DNA of 64,000 nucleotides from Candidatus Margulisiibacteriota bacterium (GCA_009691415.1 SICP01000004.1:1960-65959); one strand, 5' to 3'. Numbered from the stretch's first letter, positions 1 through 8,218 are shown. Numbers and translations are program-made. Notes: a model not told the origin generated them from the sequence alone.

Positions 1-293
1 GCTTGGGCATAAGATAGTGTAAATTGTTTGGCCGGATCGATTTTGGCCCCATGAGATGACGAGAAAGTGGGTGCGGGAGAGTCGTCGTTAGTTGTCGCTA
101 AAGGAGCAAATGGATTTCCTTTGAGGCTAGGATGTGGTGTGGGCAGTGTCGGTTTTCGAATGGAGAAGGACATATTAGAGGGCTCCTTTTTCTGCGAATG
201 GGTTTATCTACATTGTATGACTACAATTAATAGCATAGAAATCTTTATTTTACCCAAAAATGTAACCGGGTAATGGGGCCATAACTTTAAAGC

Positions 294-674
294 TTATCTT
301 TGCAACAATTCTACTTTATATCCGTTGGGATCTTCTATAAATGCCAAAACTGTTTTTCCGTGTTTCATAGGTCCGGGTTCGCGAATAATTTTCCCACCCT
401 TTCCACGAATGTTCTCACATACAGCATAGATATCATCCACACCGATTGCGATGTGCCCATAGGCCGTTCCAATATCATAAGAATCAACCCCCCAATTATA
501 GGTGAATTCTAAAACCGTGTTAGTCGTTTCGTCTCCGTACCCCATAAAGGCCAAAGTAAATTCCCCCTCCGGGAAATCTTTTTTTCGAAGCAACTTCATC
601 TGAAAATGGGTTTCATAAAATGTGATAGATTCATCTAAATTTTTAACACGAAGCATTGTGTGGAGGAATCTCAT
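294..674 (-). CDS. gloA: Lactoylglutathione lyase (glyoxalase I)
   Basis: 126-aa ORF with VOC/glyoxalase I hallmarks: MRFLHTMLRV, LEFTYNWG, YGHIAIGVDD, GYKVELLQ. Confidence 0.9.
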   Translation of the reverse strand: MRFLHTMLRVKNLDESITFYETHFQMKLLRKKDFPEGEFTLAFMGYGDETTNTVLEFTYNWGVDSYDIGTAYGHIAIGVDDIYAVCENIRGKGGKIIREPGPMKHGKTVLAFIEDPNGYKVELLQR

Positions 675-749
675 GTGGCCAGTATACTATGAAAGTTAAT
701 CCAAAACTTAAGTGCCATTGTGAACGTCTTTCATAAACAAGGAGTTAAT

Positions 750-1091
750 ATGCCACATTGTGTTGTTGAGTTATCAAAATCGTTATCTCCACATAGAAAG
801 AATCTTTTAGACGTAGTATTTAATGCTACTTTTGCCAGCACGCTTTTTAAAGAAGCAGATATTAAAGTACGTATTTTAACCTACGAAGCGTATCGTGTTG
901 GGACAATGAACGATGAATTTGTACATGTAACAGCTTCTATTCTTTCGGGCAGGACCGTGTCACAAAAAGGACATCTTTCTCAACAAATTGCTTCAGCATT
1001 AACGCGCTATTTCGCAGACCAAAAAGGCCTTTCAATAACAGTCAATATTGTCGATATGGATTTAGAGACTTATCAGAAAATTCGGTTGTAA
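750..1091 (+). CDS. Tautomerase-superfamily protein, 5-carboxymethyl-2-hydroxymuconate isomerase-like
   Basis: The ORF track starts at GTG 720. AAGGAG at 739-744 precedes ATG 750, which gives N-terminal Met-Pro (MPHCVVELS...). Pro1 is the catalytic residue expected in this superfamily. Length of about 113 aa fits. Confidence 0.6.
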   Translation: MPHCVVELSKSLSPHRKNLLDVVFNATFASTLFKEADIKVRILTYEAYRVGTMNDEFVHVTASILSGRTVSQKGHLSQQIASALTRYFADQKGLSITVNIVDMDLETYQKIRL

Positions 1092-1162
1092 AGTAATCGC
1101 GTAATTATACAGCGATAGAATGTTCCGGAGTAATGGTTCTATCTATAACCCTGGCGCCATAT

Positions 1163-1378
1163 CCCCATGATTCTAGCCCCGTACCTGTAAAATAAATGTC
1201 TGAATCAGGATTAGTTGGATTAACGGATTAACGGATTAACCAGGATGAATTACGTAAAAAAATCGGTTCAATACCATCTAGCCATTTCTCCCATCCAATA
1301 AATCCCAATTAGACTGTTCTTGTATAGTTATTTCAATGACTTCAGGAATGGCTAAAATTCAGTTTGTGGAAAGAAAGT
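1163..1378. repeat. Repeat family A, copy 1 (about 216 bp)
   Basis: Shares ccccatgattct(a/g)gccccgtacctgtaaaataaatgtctgaatca...gtttgtggaaagaaagt with 3575-3815, with indels. Has three copies of the 9-bp unit ggattaacg where copy 2 has two. Contains a degenerate family-C element at 1198-1314. Confidence 0.8.
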
Positions 1379-1382
1379 ACAA

Positions 1383-1408
1383 GAGAACAGGGGATCCTAG
1401 CTACTTGA
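1383..1408 (+). repeat. 27-bp core repeat (gagaacaggggagcctggctacttga-type), forward copy
   Basis: gagaacaggggatcctagctacttga has two mismatches to the copies at 3536-3562 and 6168-6193. Reverse copies lie at 3816-3842 and 3848-3874. Confidence 0.75.
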
Positions 1409-1622
1409 AAATATTTACCCTGTAATTAAGTCTTCACAAAGAAAAGGACTAGTATGAGCTGAAATTATTTTTTTATGGCGCATCGAAGCTCAGTATATTA
1501 CATAAATTATTAACGGTTTGATATACAAAAAAACAAATTTATTGATACCATCTATTAACTAACCCCCCCACAGATTAAGCACAGGAGCAGTCTATTTTGA
1601 GAAATCGTAGCCTTTCAACGCT

Positions 1623-3020
1623 ATGTTAAAAATTATAGCAAGCACCTTATTAGAGGATATAGCCCAATACATCCACACCTGGAGCCCTACCTTTCCATCA
1701 GGTGGTTTTTCGGGGGCAACCGTCATCAAATTTACGACTCCTGACACTGTACCGCCGCGTCTCTTGGCCATAGGTTTACAACCCAATACCAGTTACATTT
1801 TCAAATCCATGCCCCCCAGTCCTCTACGAAATATGAGCGAAGAGATTAAAGCCTACGATGCCATTGAAGAACACCACTTAACCGATTTATACGTTAAGAA
1901 AATCGCCTCAGGTACAGACTGGCTCATTCTGACCGTGGCTCCAGGACAACTCTTGTCAACTCGACTCATTGAAGGCGATTTATCCGTAGAAGACTATGCC
2001 ACTCTTTCCAAAAAAAAATTAACCATTCTATTCAACCATTTTAGAAAACTTGAGACACCACTTCTATTAGAGGATAAAGAACATCTTCAGAAGGAAACGA
2101 TTCTAAAAGTTCTAAACAGAATGTCGGAAGTAGAAAAACAAACCACCTCCCCTGATTATCTCACAGCATCAACAACCAAAATCAACCAAGTAGACTACCA
2201 AAATCCACTAGGATTTTTCTTAGCCCTCTGTAAACCTGAAGACATACCAGAAAATTTAGCCCACATCCCTAGAGATCAAGAAACTGCCCACAACATTGAA
2301 AAATTACTACTTCTCCTAAGACCCAGAACACTTTCATTCATCCCAACCGATCCTAATCCGTTAAACGAAACGGACCAGATACATCTACCCAGTTGGTTCG
2401 ATCCAGGTAGATTTGAAGTATGTCAATTGAGTTACCCATTATGCAAAAGAGAAGGCCCCTTCGCACATTATTTCTTATTATTAGCTGAAAATCGATTTGA
2501 AATTAGTGACAACGAAGAAAATGGACTAAGTATCACATTTAAAATCAAAAAAGAAGCCTGGGACATTTTACATAAAATTCATGACTTATCTGCCATTGAG
2601 AATCGGTTATTGAATATACAATGCCTTGATCCATCCGAAGAGGATGCCTCAACACACACGCAAAATCAAAATCCGATACTTGGCAAACCCTTTTTTATGA
2701 CCCAACTAGACTTTTTTGGATGGCGTCAATTTGGCTCAGATTTCCCATACAGAAAAACAGAAAAATCCCAAAAAGCCGACTGGATTCTCTTTGCTCTCGG
2801 AATTAATTACATCAAAAACGTCCTGCTCACTTTAATTGCGAAAATTGACAACGCTTACCCCGAAATCCACTTCGGAACAGTCATTGATTCGCCAGACAAT
2901 TTTGAGAAATTACGGCAACTTACTCTAGAGAGTTTTGAAACCTGCGATCGCCTCAAACTTAATCCCAAAGACAGTCTTTTTCAGTCTGAGCCGTCTCCGC
3001 CAAACACTCAAAGCTCGTGA
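1623..3020 (+). CDS. Hypothetical protein with possible protein-kinase-like (APH/choline-kinase) fold
   Basis: Clean 465-aa ORF. Gly-rich loop-like GGFSGATVIKF, then IFK, a catalytic-loop-like FIPTDPNPLNE (His replaced by Thr) and WFDPGRF. No family recognised with certainty. Flanked by repeats. Confidence 0.35.
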   Translation: MLKIIASTLLEDIAQYIHTWSPTFPSGGFSGATVIKFTTPDTVPPRLLAIGLQPNTSYIFKSMPPSPLRNMSEEIKAYDAIEEHHLTDLYVKKIASGTDWLILTVAPGQLLSTRLIEGDLSVEDYATLSKKKLTILFNHFRKLETPLLLEDKEHLQKETILKVLNRMSEVEKQTTSPDYLTASTTKINQVDYQNPLGFFLALCKPEDIPENLAHIPRDQETAHNIEKLLLLLRPRTLSFIPTDPNPLNETDQIHLPSWFDPGRFEVCQLSYPLCKREGPFAHYFLLLAENRFEISDNEENGLSITFKIKKEAWDILHKIHDLSAIENRLLNIQCLDPSEEDASTHTQNQNPILGKPFFMTQLDFFGWRQFGSDFPYRKTEKSQKADWILFALGINYIKNVLLTLIAKIDNAYPEIHFGTVIDSPDNFEKLRQLTLESFETCDRLKLNPKDSLFQSEPSPPNTQSS

Positions 3021-3069
3021 TGCTATGTTAAATTTATAACAATTAGAATTTAGAAGGATTGAATGAAGA

Positions 3070-3441
3070 ATGAAAAAATATTTTATTTATATACTTTTAT
3101 TAGTTTTGATCACAGGCTCTCGACAAATCTTTGCGGCTGATCCGGCTGATCCTGAAGTTGTACGGTTTGTGGATTTGAACCGCTATATTGGGAAGTGGTA
3201 CGAAATTGCGAGATTACCGAATAGTTTTGAATCTAAGGATGCCCGAAATATGGTGGCTAGTTACAGCCTTAATTCAGGGGGCACTATTCGTGTAGAAAAT
3301 TCTTGCATTGAAAAGAATGGCGCACTCAATAAAGTGGTGGGGTTAGCCAAGGTATCCGATCCGGTTACAAATGCAAAACTGGCTGTGAATTTAGCAACCT
3401 GGACACTAAACGACAAAAGGGGACAGGTGCACTTTTTTTGA
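3070..3441 (+). pseudogene. blc: Outer-membrane lipocalin (Blc-like), 3'-truncated by a repeat insertion
   Basis: Signal peptide plus lipocalin motifs (DLNRYIGKWYEIARLPNSFE, ASYSLNSGGTIRVENS) run to ...AKLAVN at about 3387. The reading frame then enters repeat B1 and stops. About 70 C-terminal aa expected for Blc are missing. Confidence 0.65.
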
Positions 3442-3562
3442 GTGTAGTGTCCACGTACCTATGATTCCTATGTATGGTTCCCCTGTAGCCAAGGGAGCCA
3501 TACATATGTCTTCGTTTTGATAGTATGGATACCTAGAGAACAGGGGAGCCTGGCTACTTGAC
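3385..3562 (+). repeat. Repeat family B, copy 1 (about 176 bp, hairpin-rich)
   Basis: Nearly identical to 6017-6193 (I count two substitutions). Contains the 14-bp-stem hairpin tatgtatggttccc...gggagccatacata followed by a T-rich tract. Ends in the 27-bp core repeat. Confidence 0.9.
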
Positions 3563-3842
3563 TTGGCTACTTGACTTTCATGCTCCCCATGATTCTGGCC
3601 CCGTACCTGTAAAATAAATGTCTGAATCACGATTAGTTGGATTAACGGATTAACCAGGATGAATAACGTAAAAAAATCGGTTCAATACCATCTAGCCATT
3701 TCTCCCATCACATAAATCCCTAAATCCTGAAAATTCCAATTCAGACTGTTCTTGTATAGTTATTTCAATAAATTGATGAATGGCGAAAATTCTGTTTGTG
3801 GAAAGAAAGTGCCAAGTCAAGTAGCCAGGCGCCCCTGTTCTC
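3536..3842. mobile_element. MITE-like element: 27-bp terminal inverted repeats enclosing repeat family A copy 2
   Basis: gagaacaggggagcctggctacttgac (3536-3562) is the inverse of gtcaagtagccaggcgcccctgttctc (3816-3842). TA dinucleotides lie immediately outside both ends (3534-3535, 3843-3844). There is no ORF inside. A degenerate family-C element sits at 3620-3746. Confidence 0.55.
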
Positions 3843-3847
3843 TAAGA

Positions 3848-3874
3848 GTCAAGTAGCCAGGCTCCCCTGTTCTC
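3848..3874 (-). repeat. Extra reverse copy of the 27-bp core repeat
   Basis: gtcaagtagccaggctcccctgttctc lies 5 bp after the previous reverse copy and is an exact complement of 3536-3562. Confidence 0.8.
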
Positions 3875-4075
3875 TTAATAGGTTCCATCTCGGATCCGGA
3901 GACCGAAGTTCCCATTAAACTAACCACTAAAAACATCATAATTACTCTTATTGCCATGGCCTCGGCCTTCTTTCGATCTATTTTTGGTGGCTACTTTTCA
4001 TTTGTTTGTTTATTTTTCTATTTAAGGTGCCTTGTTTAGAACAAAGTTTCTATAAGCTACTCAAAATGGCTCGTT

Positions 4076-4576
4076 CTAAATAGAAAGACCAATATTATAC
4101 CCAATCGCTACGTGCATTGGTGATTTATCGTTAAAAATCCGACCGATCCCAATGCCGATTTCCTGAAAAGCGAGGCCGCCAAAACCATTCGTTGCGCCTA
4201 TCCACAGCTCAGCAGACGGAGATAATTTATCAGCAAATGAAGCTCCGAAGGTACCTTGCACATACGTTTTCCAGGATGCTTGGCCAAACTCTTTTACCGT
4301 ATAGGTATTCATGTAGACTCTAAGCGAGGTATAAATCCCTCCGTCCCCAAGTATGGAACGGTTGCTCTTGTCCGCATTGATATGACCGCCAAATAGAAAG
4401 CTGGAATCGCCACTCGGCTTTTCAAAATTCAAATTGAGATCTCCTAAACCAATCAATGTGACGACATTGGTGCTGATCTTCATGGGGGCGACAGTGTCTG
4501 GTGCTGCCAAAAGTGCTTGAGCTTGTGTGGTGAGAATTGTTGCAATGACTAAAAGAAATAAAATAGAATTTTTCAC
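4076..4576 (-). CDS. Secreted beta-rich protein, probable small outer-membrane beta-barrel
   Basis: 166 aa. Signal peptide MKNSILFLLVIATILTTQAQA. Alternating Gly/aromatic beta-strand pattern. Family not recognised. Confidence 0.5.
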   Translation of the reverse strand: MKNSILFLLVIATILTTQAQALLAAPDTVAPMKISTNVVTLIGLGDLNLNFEKPSGDSSFLFGGHINADKSNRSILGDGGIYTSLRVYMNTYTVKEFGQASWKTYVQGTFGASFADKLSPSAELWIGATNGFGGLAFQEIGIGIGRIFNDKSPMHVAIGYNIGLSI

Positions 4577-4635
4577 GGGATGTTCCTCCTAAAGTTGTGT
4601 GTGGATCGGGGTAATAAAATGGTAGCCTCCTTTTT

Positions 4636-4654
4636 AATTAAACATTGTTTAATT
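4636..4654. promoter_or_regulatory. Perfect 19-bp palindrome (9-1-9), candidate TetR operator
   Basis: aattaaacaTtgtttaatt lies in the divergent intergenic region between the OMP gene and the TetR operon. An imperfect second copy, ttaaacattgttcaa, is at 4681-4695. Confidence 0.45.
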
Positions 4655-4816
4655 GACACCTGGGATAATGTATCAGTCATTTAAACATTGTTCAATAGCT
4701 AATTTTTCTGTTATGATTTTGTTGTATATGAAAAAGAAATATTTTGTTGGTATGTTGTTAGCCGTTGGATTGTTTGTGGCTACTCCACCTCTCGGTGGAC
4801 TATTGGTTCGAAGAAC

Positions 4817-5074
4817 ATGTTATTGAAGGACGACTGGACGTTCTCGACCGCCAAGGTTTATAAGTCGAAACAGGACAACGTCGTCGATCCGATTAGCTCG
4901 CTTCTGATTTATAAGGGGACGAAAACAGCCACTCGTTCAAAAATCGACGTTGAGATGGTCGATTCCAATTTGCATGTGTTTACGCGGTTGAAGGGCCGAG
5001 AGTCCTACTCCACACAAGATGTCGCGACCCAAAAACGTGTCTTAAGTGAAATTCTGACGCGAGCGAGCAACTAA
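4817..5074 (+). CDS. Hypothetical protein, possibly the 3' part of a frameshifted secreted-protein gene
   Basis: 85-aa ORF abutting the TetR start (stop/start ATGA-type junction at 5072-5076). An out-of-frame ORF at 4728-4826 encodes a signal-peptide-like MKKKYFVGMLLAVGLFVATPP and overlaps its start. Confidence 0.35.
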   Translation: MLLKDDWTFSTAKVYKSKQDNVVDPISSLLIYKGTKTATRSKIDVEMVDSNLHVFTRLKGRESYSTQDVATQKRVLSEILTRASN

Positions 5075-5652
5075 TGGGTCGCCGCTACGATCACACTCCG
5101 GATGCGTTGCGAAATCTGATTTTAGATACAGCCGAGGCAATCGTCGAAAAAAAAGGCCTTCAATGCCTTACCGCAAGGAAAATTGGCACCAAGATCGGCT
5201 ACTCGGTGGGAACGCTTTACCACAGCTTTAAAAACCTGGATGACATCAAGGTGCATCTCAGACATCGGACCCTAGAAGCGCTTCTCGAAACTCTGGAAAC
5301 TGCGCGTAGAGCAACGACGAAACCTGAAGAGGCTCCGTTCACGATGGGCCATGCGTATCTTCAATTTGTTCGCAAGCATTCGAACGCGTGGAGGACGATC
5401 TTGGAAAGTCGCCTTGAGGAATACCCAGATTGGTACTTAAAAACGATTCAATCGATTCTAAGTTGCGTCAAGGAAGGGCTGAGGCCGAGTTGGAAAAAGA
5501 GCGATTCTGAATTGGATAAGATGGTTGTTATGACTTGGGCGGCTCTACAAGGATTGGCGGTGTTGTCAGACTATAGAAAAATCACGTTGACGTCGGCCTA
5601 TTCGGAATCGGAGCTTTTGGAATCATTTTTAAAGGCGATTATTTCAAGCTAA
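5074..5652 (+). CDS. TetR/AcrR-family transcriptional regulator
   Basis: 192 aa. N-terminal HTH LTARKIGTKIGYSVGTLYHSFKN with typical TetR length and architecture. Confidence 0.85.
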   Translation: MGRRYDHTPDALRNLILDTAEAIVEKKGLQCLTARKIGTKIGYSVGTLYHSFKNLDDIKVHLRHRTLEALLETLETARRATTKPEEAPFTMGHAYLQFVRKHSNAWRTILESRLEEYPDWYLKTIQSILSCVKEGLRPSWKKSDSELDKMVVMTWAALQGLAVLSDYRKITLTSAYSESELLESFLKAIISS

Positions 5653-5690
5653 TGGCCCTCCACCGTCCAGGCGCAAAAACCTAAGAACGT

Positions 5691-5897
5691 ATGAAGGGGG
5701 GCAGCGTATCAGTGTCTTCAAAAGAGCAGGAAATTACGGATTTAGTATCACACGATTTTATTGAAAAGCACTCTATACATTCAAGTAGGGTGTATGGCAC
5801 GGCTATTCACGAGCGAGGAGCAGTAAATATCATTGCTTCTGACGATATTCGAGTCGAGGCTTGGGTTGACGGGCTGGATGGGAAAGTTATCGAGTAA
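5691..5897 (+). pseudogene. N-terminal gene fragment (possibly SWIM-zinc-finger-family N-terminus) cut off by repeats
   Basis: 68-aa ORF. ...RVYGTAIHERGAVNIIASDDIRVEAWVDGLDGKVIE resembles the N-terminal beta-domain of bacterial SWIM proteins. It ends where repeat fragments begin (about 5900). Confidence 0.3.
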
Positions 5898-5956
5898 TGG
5901 TGCCAGGGTTATAAGAGAAAGAAAGTGCCGGGGTAATAGATCTGCTTATAAAACCC

Positions 5957-6017
5957 TTTCATGCTCCCCATGATTCTGGCCCCGTACCTGTAAAATAAAT
6001 GTCTGAATCAGGATTAG
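5957..6017. repeat. Repeat family A, copy 3 (5' 60 bp only), interrupted by family B
   Basis: ctttcatgctccccatgattctggccccgtacctgtaaaataaatgtctgaatcaggattagt, then it switches to family B. A fragment of the A right end (gagaaagaaagtgcc, 5915-5929) lies just upstream. Confidence 0.8.
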
Positions 6018-6193
6018 TAAATTTAGCAACCTGGACACTAAACGACAAAAGGGGACAGGTGCACTTTTTTTGAGTGTAGTGTCCACGTACCTATGATTCC
6101 TATGTATGGTTCCCCTGTAGCCAAAGGAGCCATACATATGTCTTCGTTTTGATAGTATGGATACCTAGAGAACAGGGGAGCCTGGCTACTTGA
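6017..6193 (+). repeat. Repeat family B, copy 2
   Basis: Near-identical to 3385-3562 and in the same orientation. Its left junction lies 17-18 bp inside a family-C-type inverted repeat. Confidence 0.9.
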
Positions 6194-6206
6194 TTATTGA
6201 TTATGG

Positions 6207-6633
6207 CTACTTGATTAAATCAAACTGATTAGTGAGTAGTGTTAGAGTTGGAAGTCTACCTTCAATATAATGTGTGGGATGGTTTTGATAATCCTCTAAA
6301 AAGAGGGATGATGCCTTTTTTCGAAAGACAAATAACTGATCTAGATCCTTATAAAAAGACCAATCAAATAAATCTTTAGCTTCAGAAAATCCATGATTCA
6401 ATTTCTATTTCGCATTTTTCAAGAAATTTTGAGAGTGCTAATCCATACTCGCAGTCTACTGCAGTAGCTTGAATATTTCGCTTATGAACTTCTGCAGTAA
6501 AACTACATGCGCCCGCTGGACAATCTAAAAATGAATAGGAACTTAACTCATCATCCGTAAGATTAAACATCTCACAGTATTCAAGAAATGTCCGGCCTAT
6601 AAATGCAAAGCCTTCAACATTATTTTTTTTCAT
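6207..6633 (-). pseudogene. Class I SAM-dependent methyltransferase, frameshifted and 3'-truncated
   Basis: Two overlapping ORFs (6382-6633, 6207-6401). The first has the SAM motif I-like FLDCPAGACSF. The second continues with ...YIEGRLPTLTLLTNQFDLI and ends at the repeat boundary. Confidence 0.6.
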
Positions 6634-6692
6634 TTTAATCGTTCATCTTAGATTCTTCTCGGAAACAAAACCTTGAATAGGAATTGTATTGT

Positions 6693-6767
6693 TGGCTGGG
6701 GTGGAAGGATTCGAACCTCCGAATGGCGGTACCAAAAACCGCTGCCTTGCCACTTGGCGACACCCCA
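6693..6767 (-). tRNA. tRNA-Gln (anticodon UUG)
   Basis: Reverse complement TGGGGTG TC GCCAAGTGGCAAGGC A GCGGT TTTTGGT ACCGC CATTC GGAGG TTCGAAT CCTTC CACCCCA GCCA folds as a cloverleaf. It has the U1-A72 pair typical of bacterial tRNA-Gln, anticodon TTG and an encoded CCA. Confidence 0.9.
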
Positions 6768-6866
6768 AAAAAGAAGAAAACAGTTGTAATTATACCGAAG
6801 AATGATTCGAGCGTGAAGAGCGAGAATCTTTTTTGCCAAAGCACTTATATTGAGTTAGTTTGCACA

Positions 6867-7505
6867 TTAAATTTGAAGCTGCTCCAAAACATCCTGAACT
6901 GTTTTTTTGAAGTCTGGATCAACAGAAAGTTCATCGGCGATTTTTAAATGACGAATTGCCATGGACAAACGTCCTGCAAAATAATGGGCAACCGAAAAAT
7001 CAAAATGGAGCATCGGATCTTCAGGAATAGCGTGTATAACCTGATCCAGATGACGAATCGCATCTTCAAAACGATGTTCGCTCAAACAAATCTCGGCCAT
7101 GCGCAGGCGGGCATCTACATGGGTTTCGTCTAGCGACAAAATTTGTTGATATGATTCTTTGGCCTGCATAAATTGAAAACGGGATTGATAAAGGCGACCC
7201 AATTGATAAAGCACCGGAATATTTTGGGGGTTGTACCGTAAGAGTTCTTCACACTCTAGCCGATGGATATCTTCTGTGAAAGGCGTCTCAATATGTCCAA
7301 TGCCCCCTTGATAATTGGAAAGGGCAGATACGGCATAAGAACGATCATCATACTCCGAAAAAACTGACGGATGAGAAAGTCTAACCGCTTCTTTGCCCAA
7401 GTAATACAGACGATCCCCACAGCGTGGACACCGAATATCTCCATGCTGTTTTACGGCAAGATTATCAGGAACAGGGTTCGTGCATTTGAGGCAATAACGA
7501 ATCAT
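6867..7505 (-). CDS. Zinc-ribbon plus TPR-repeat protein
   Basis: 212 aa. N-terminal CLKC...CPRC zinc ribbon and C-terminal TPR-like helical repeats. Confidence 0.6.
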   Translation of the reverse strand: MIRYCLKCTNPVPDNLAVKQHGDIRCPRCGDRLYYLGKEAVRLSHPSVFSEYDDRSYAVSALSNYQGGIGHIETPFTEDIHRLECEELLRYNPQNIPVLYQLGRLYQSRFQFMQAKESYQQILSLDETHVDARLRMAEICLSEHRFEDAIRHLDQVIHAIPEDPMLHFDFSVAHYFAGRLSMAIRHLKIADELSVDPDFKKTVQDVLEQLQI

Positions 7506-7507
7506 GA

Positions 7508-8218
7508 TTATAAGAGGGGCTGGATCACGCGATACAACGCCTGTGCAGCTGACTGTTCGGCATCTTTTTTGGTTTTTCCATGGCCTGATTGGGCATGTAT
7601 AACGCCTTGAATAGTTGTACGCGCTTCGACCTTGAATTCTTTTTCATGATCAGGCCCTGTTTCTTCGAGAACCCTATAGGAAGGTAGACTATGTTGCGCC
7701 CTTTGCAGTGTTTCTTGGAGCAACGTTTTGTGATCTTTTTGAAGAGGACTGCATAGCAAGTCAGGAAGTTCTCTTTCGAGCAGAGGAATGAAAAAATCTT
7801 TAACGGCGGGAAGCCCTTGATCCAAATAATATGCCCCCAAAATGGACTCCATCACATTGGCCAAATTTGAGGCTTTGATAGCCCCACCCGTATTGCGTTC
7901 TCCATAAGAAAACTGCATATGCTCACCTAAAGAAAGCGATTGAGCTACAACGGCCAAGCTGCGATCCGAAATCACATGTGACCGAATCGTGGTAAGAGTT
8001 CCTTCGTCCAGGGTGGGATAGCGGCGAAATAAATATTCTGAAACGATGAGTTTTAAAACGGCATCCCCAAAAAATTCGAGTCGTTCATTATCTTCAATCC
8101 TAACTTTTTTATCCCGTCTGGCATAAGAACTATGTGTCAACGCCGTTTCTAAAAGCGCCAAATTTTTAAATGTGATTCCAAGTAAATTTTCTACAGCTTG
8201 CAATGCTTCTTTAGTCAT
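7508..8218 (-). CDS. rnc: Ribonuclease III
   Basis: 236 aa. RNase III signature NERLEFFGDAVL and a C-terminal dsRBD. Confidence 0.92.
   Translation of the reverse strand: MTKEALQAVENLLGITFKNLALLETALTHSSYARRDKKVRIEDNERLEFFGDAVLKLIVSEYLFRRYPTLDEGTLTTIRSHVISDRSLAVVAQSLSLGEHMQFSYGERNTGGAIKASNLANVMESILGAYYLDQGLPAVKDFFIPLLERELPDLLCSPLQKDHKTLLQETLQRAQHSLPSYRVLEETGPDHEKEFKVEARTTIQGVIHAQSGHGKTKKDAEQSAAQALYRVIQPLL

Noticed and set aside
3406-3630. ORFs 3406-3630 and 5946-6137 share the peptide IQTFILQVRGQNHGEHE, which could mark a conserved small protein encoded by repeat family A
   Set aside because: The shared peptide covers only the repeated DNA, the ORFs have different ends, and copy A1 has an in-frame TAG (ggctagaat) at the same place. 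Conservation is at the DNA level, not the protein level.
3536-3874. Possible CRISPR array, since a 27-bp unit is repeated several times
   Set aside because: The copies are in opposite orientations, the spacing is irregular (280 bp, then 5 bp), and no cas genes are present. The pattern fits inverted termini of a MITE, not direct CRISPR repeats.
1100-6767. Integrated genomic island at tRNA-Gln with att repeats
   Set aside because: The patch does abut the tRNA 3' end. However, I found no integrase or recombinase ORF and no direct repeat of the tRNA 3' segment (ggaaggattcgaacc...) elsewhere in the window. I therefore describe it only as a decayed accessory patch.
6635-6947. Three ORFs (6635-6844, 6648-6839, 6684-6947) covering the tRNA-Gln region
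   Set aside because: They overlap a well-formed tRNA on both strands, have no SD and have odd composition. They are artefacts of the open frame across a structured RNA gene.
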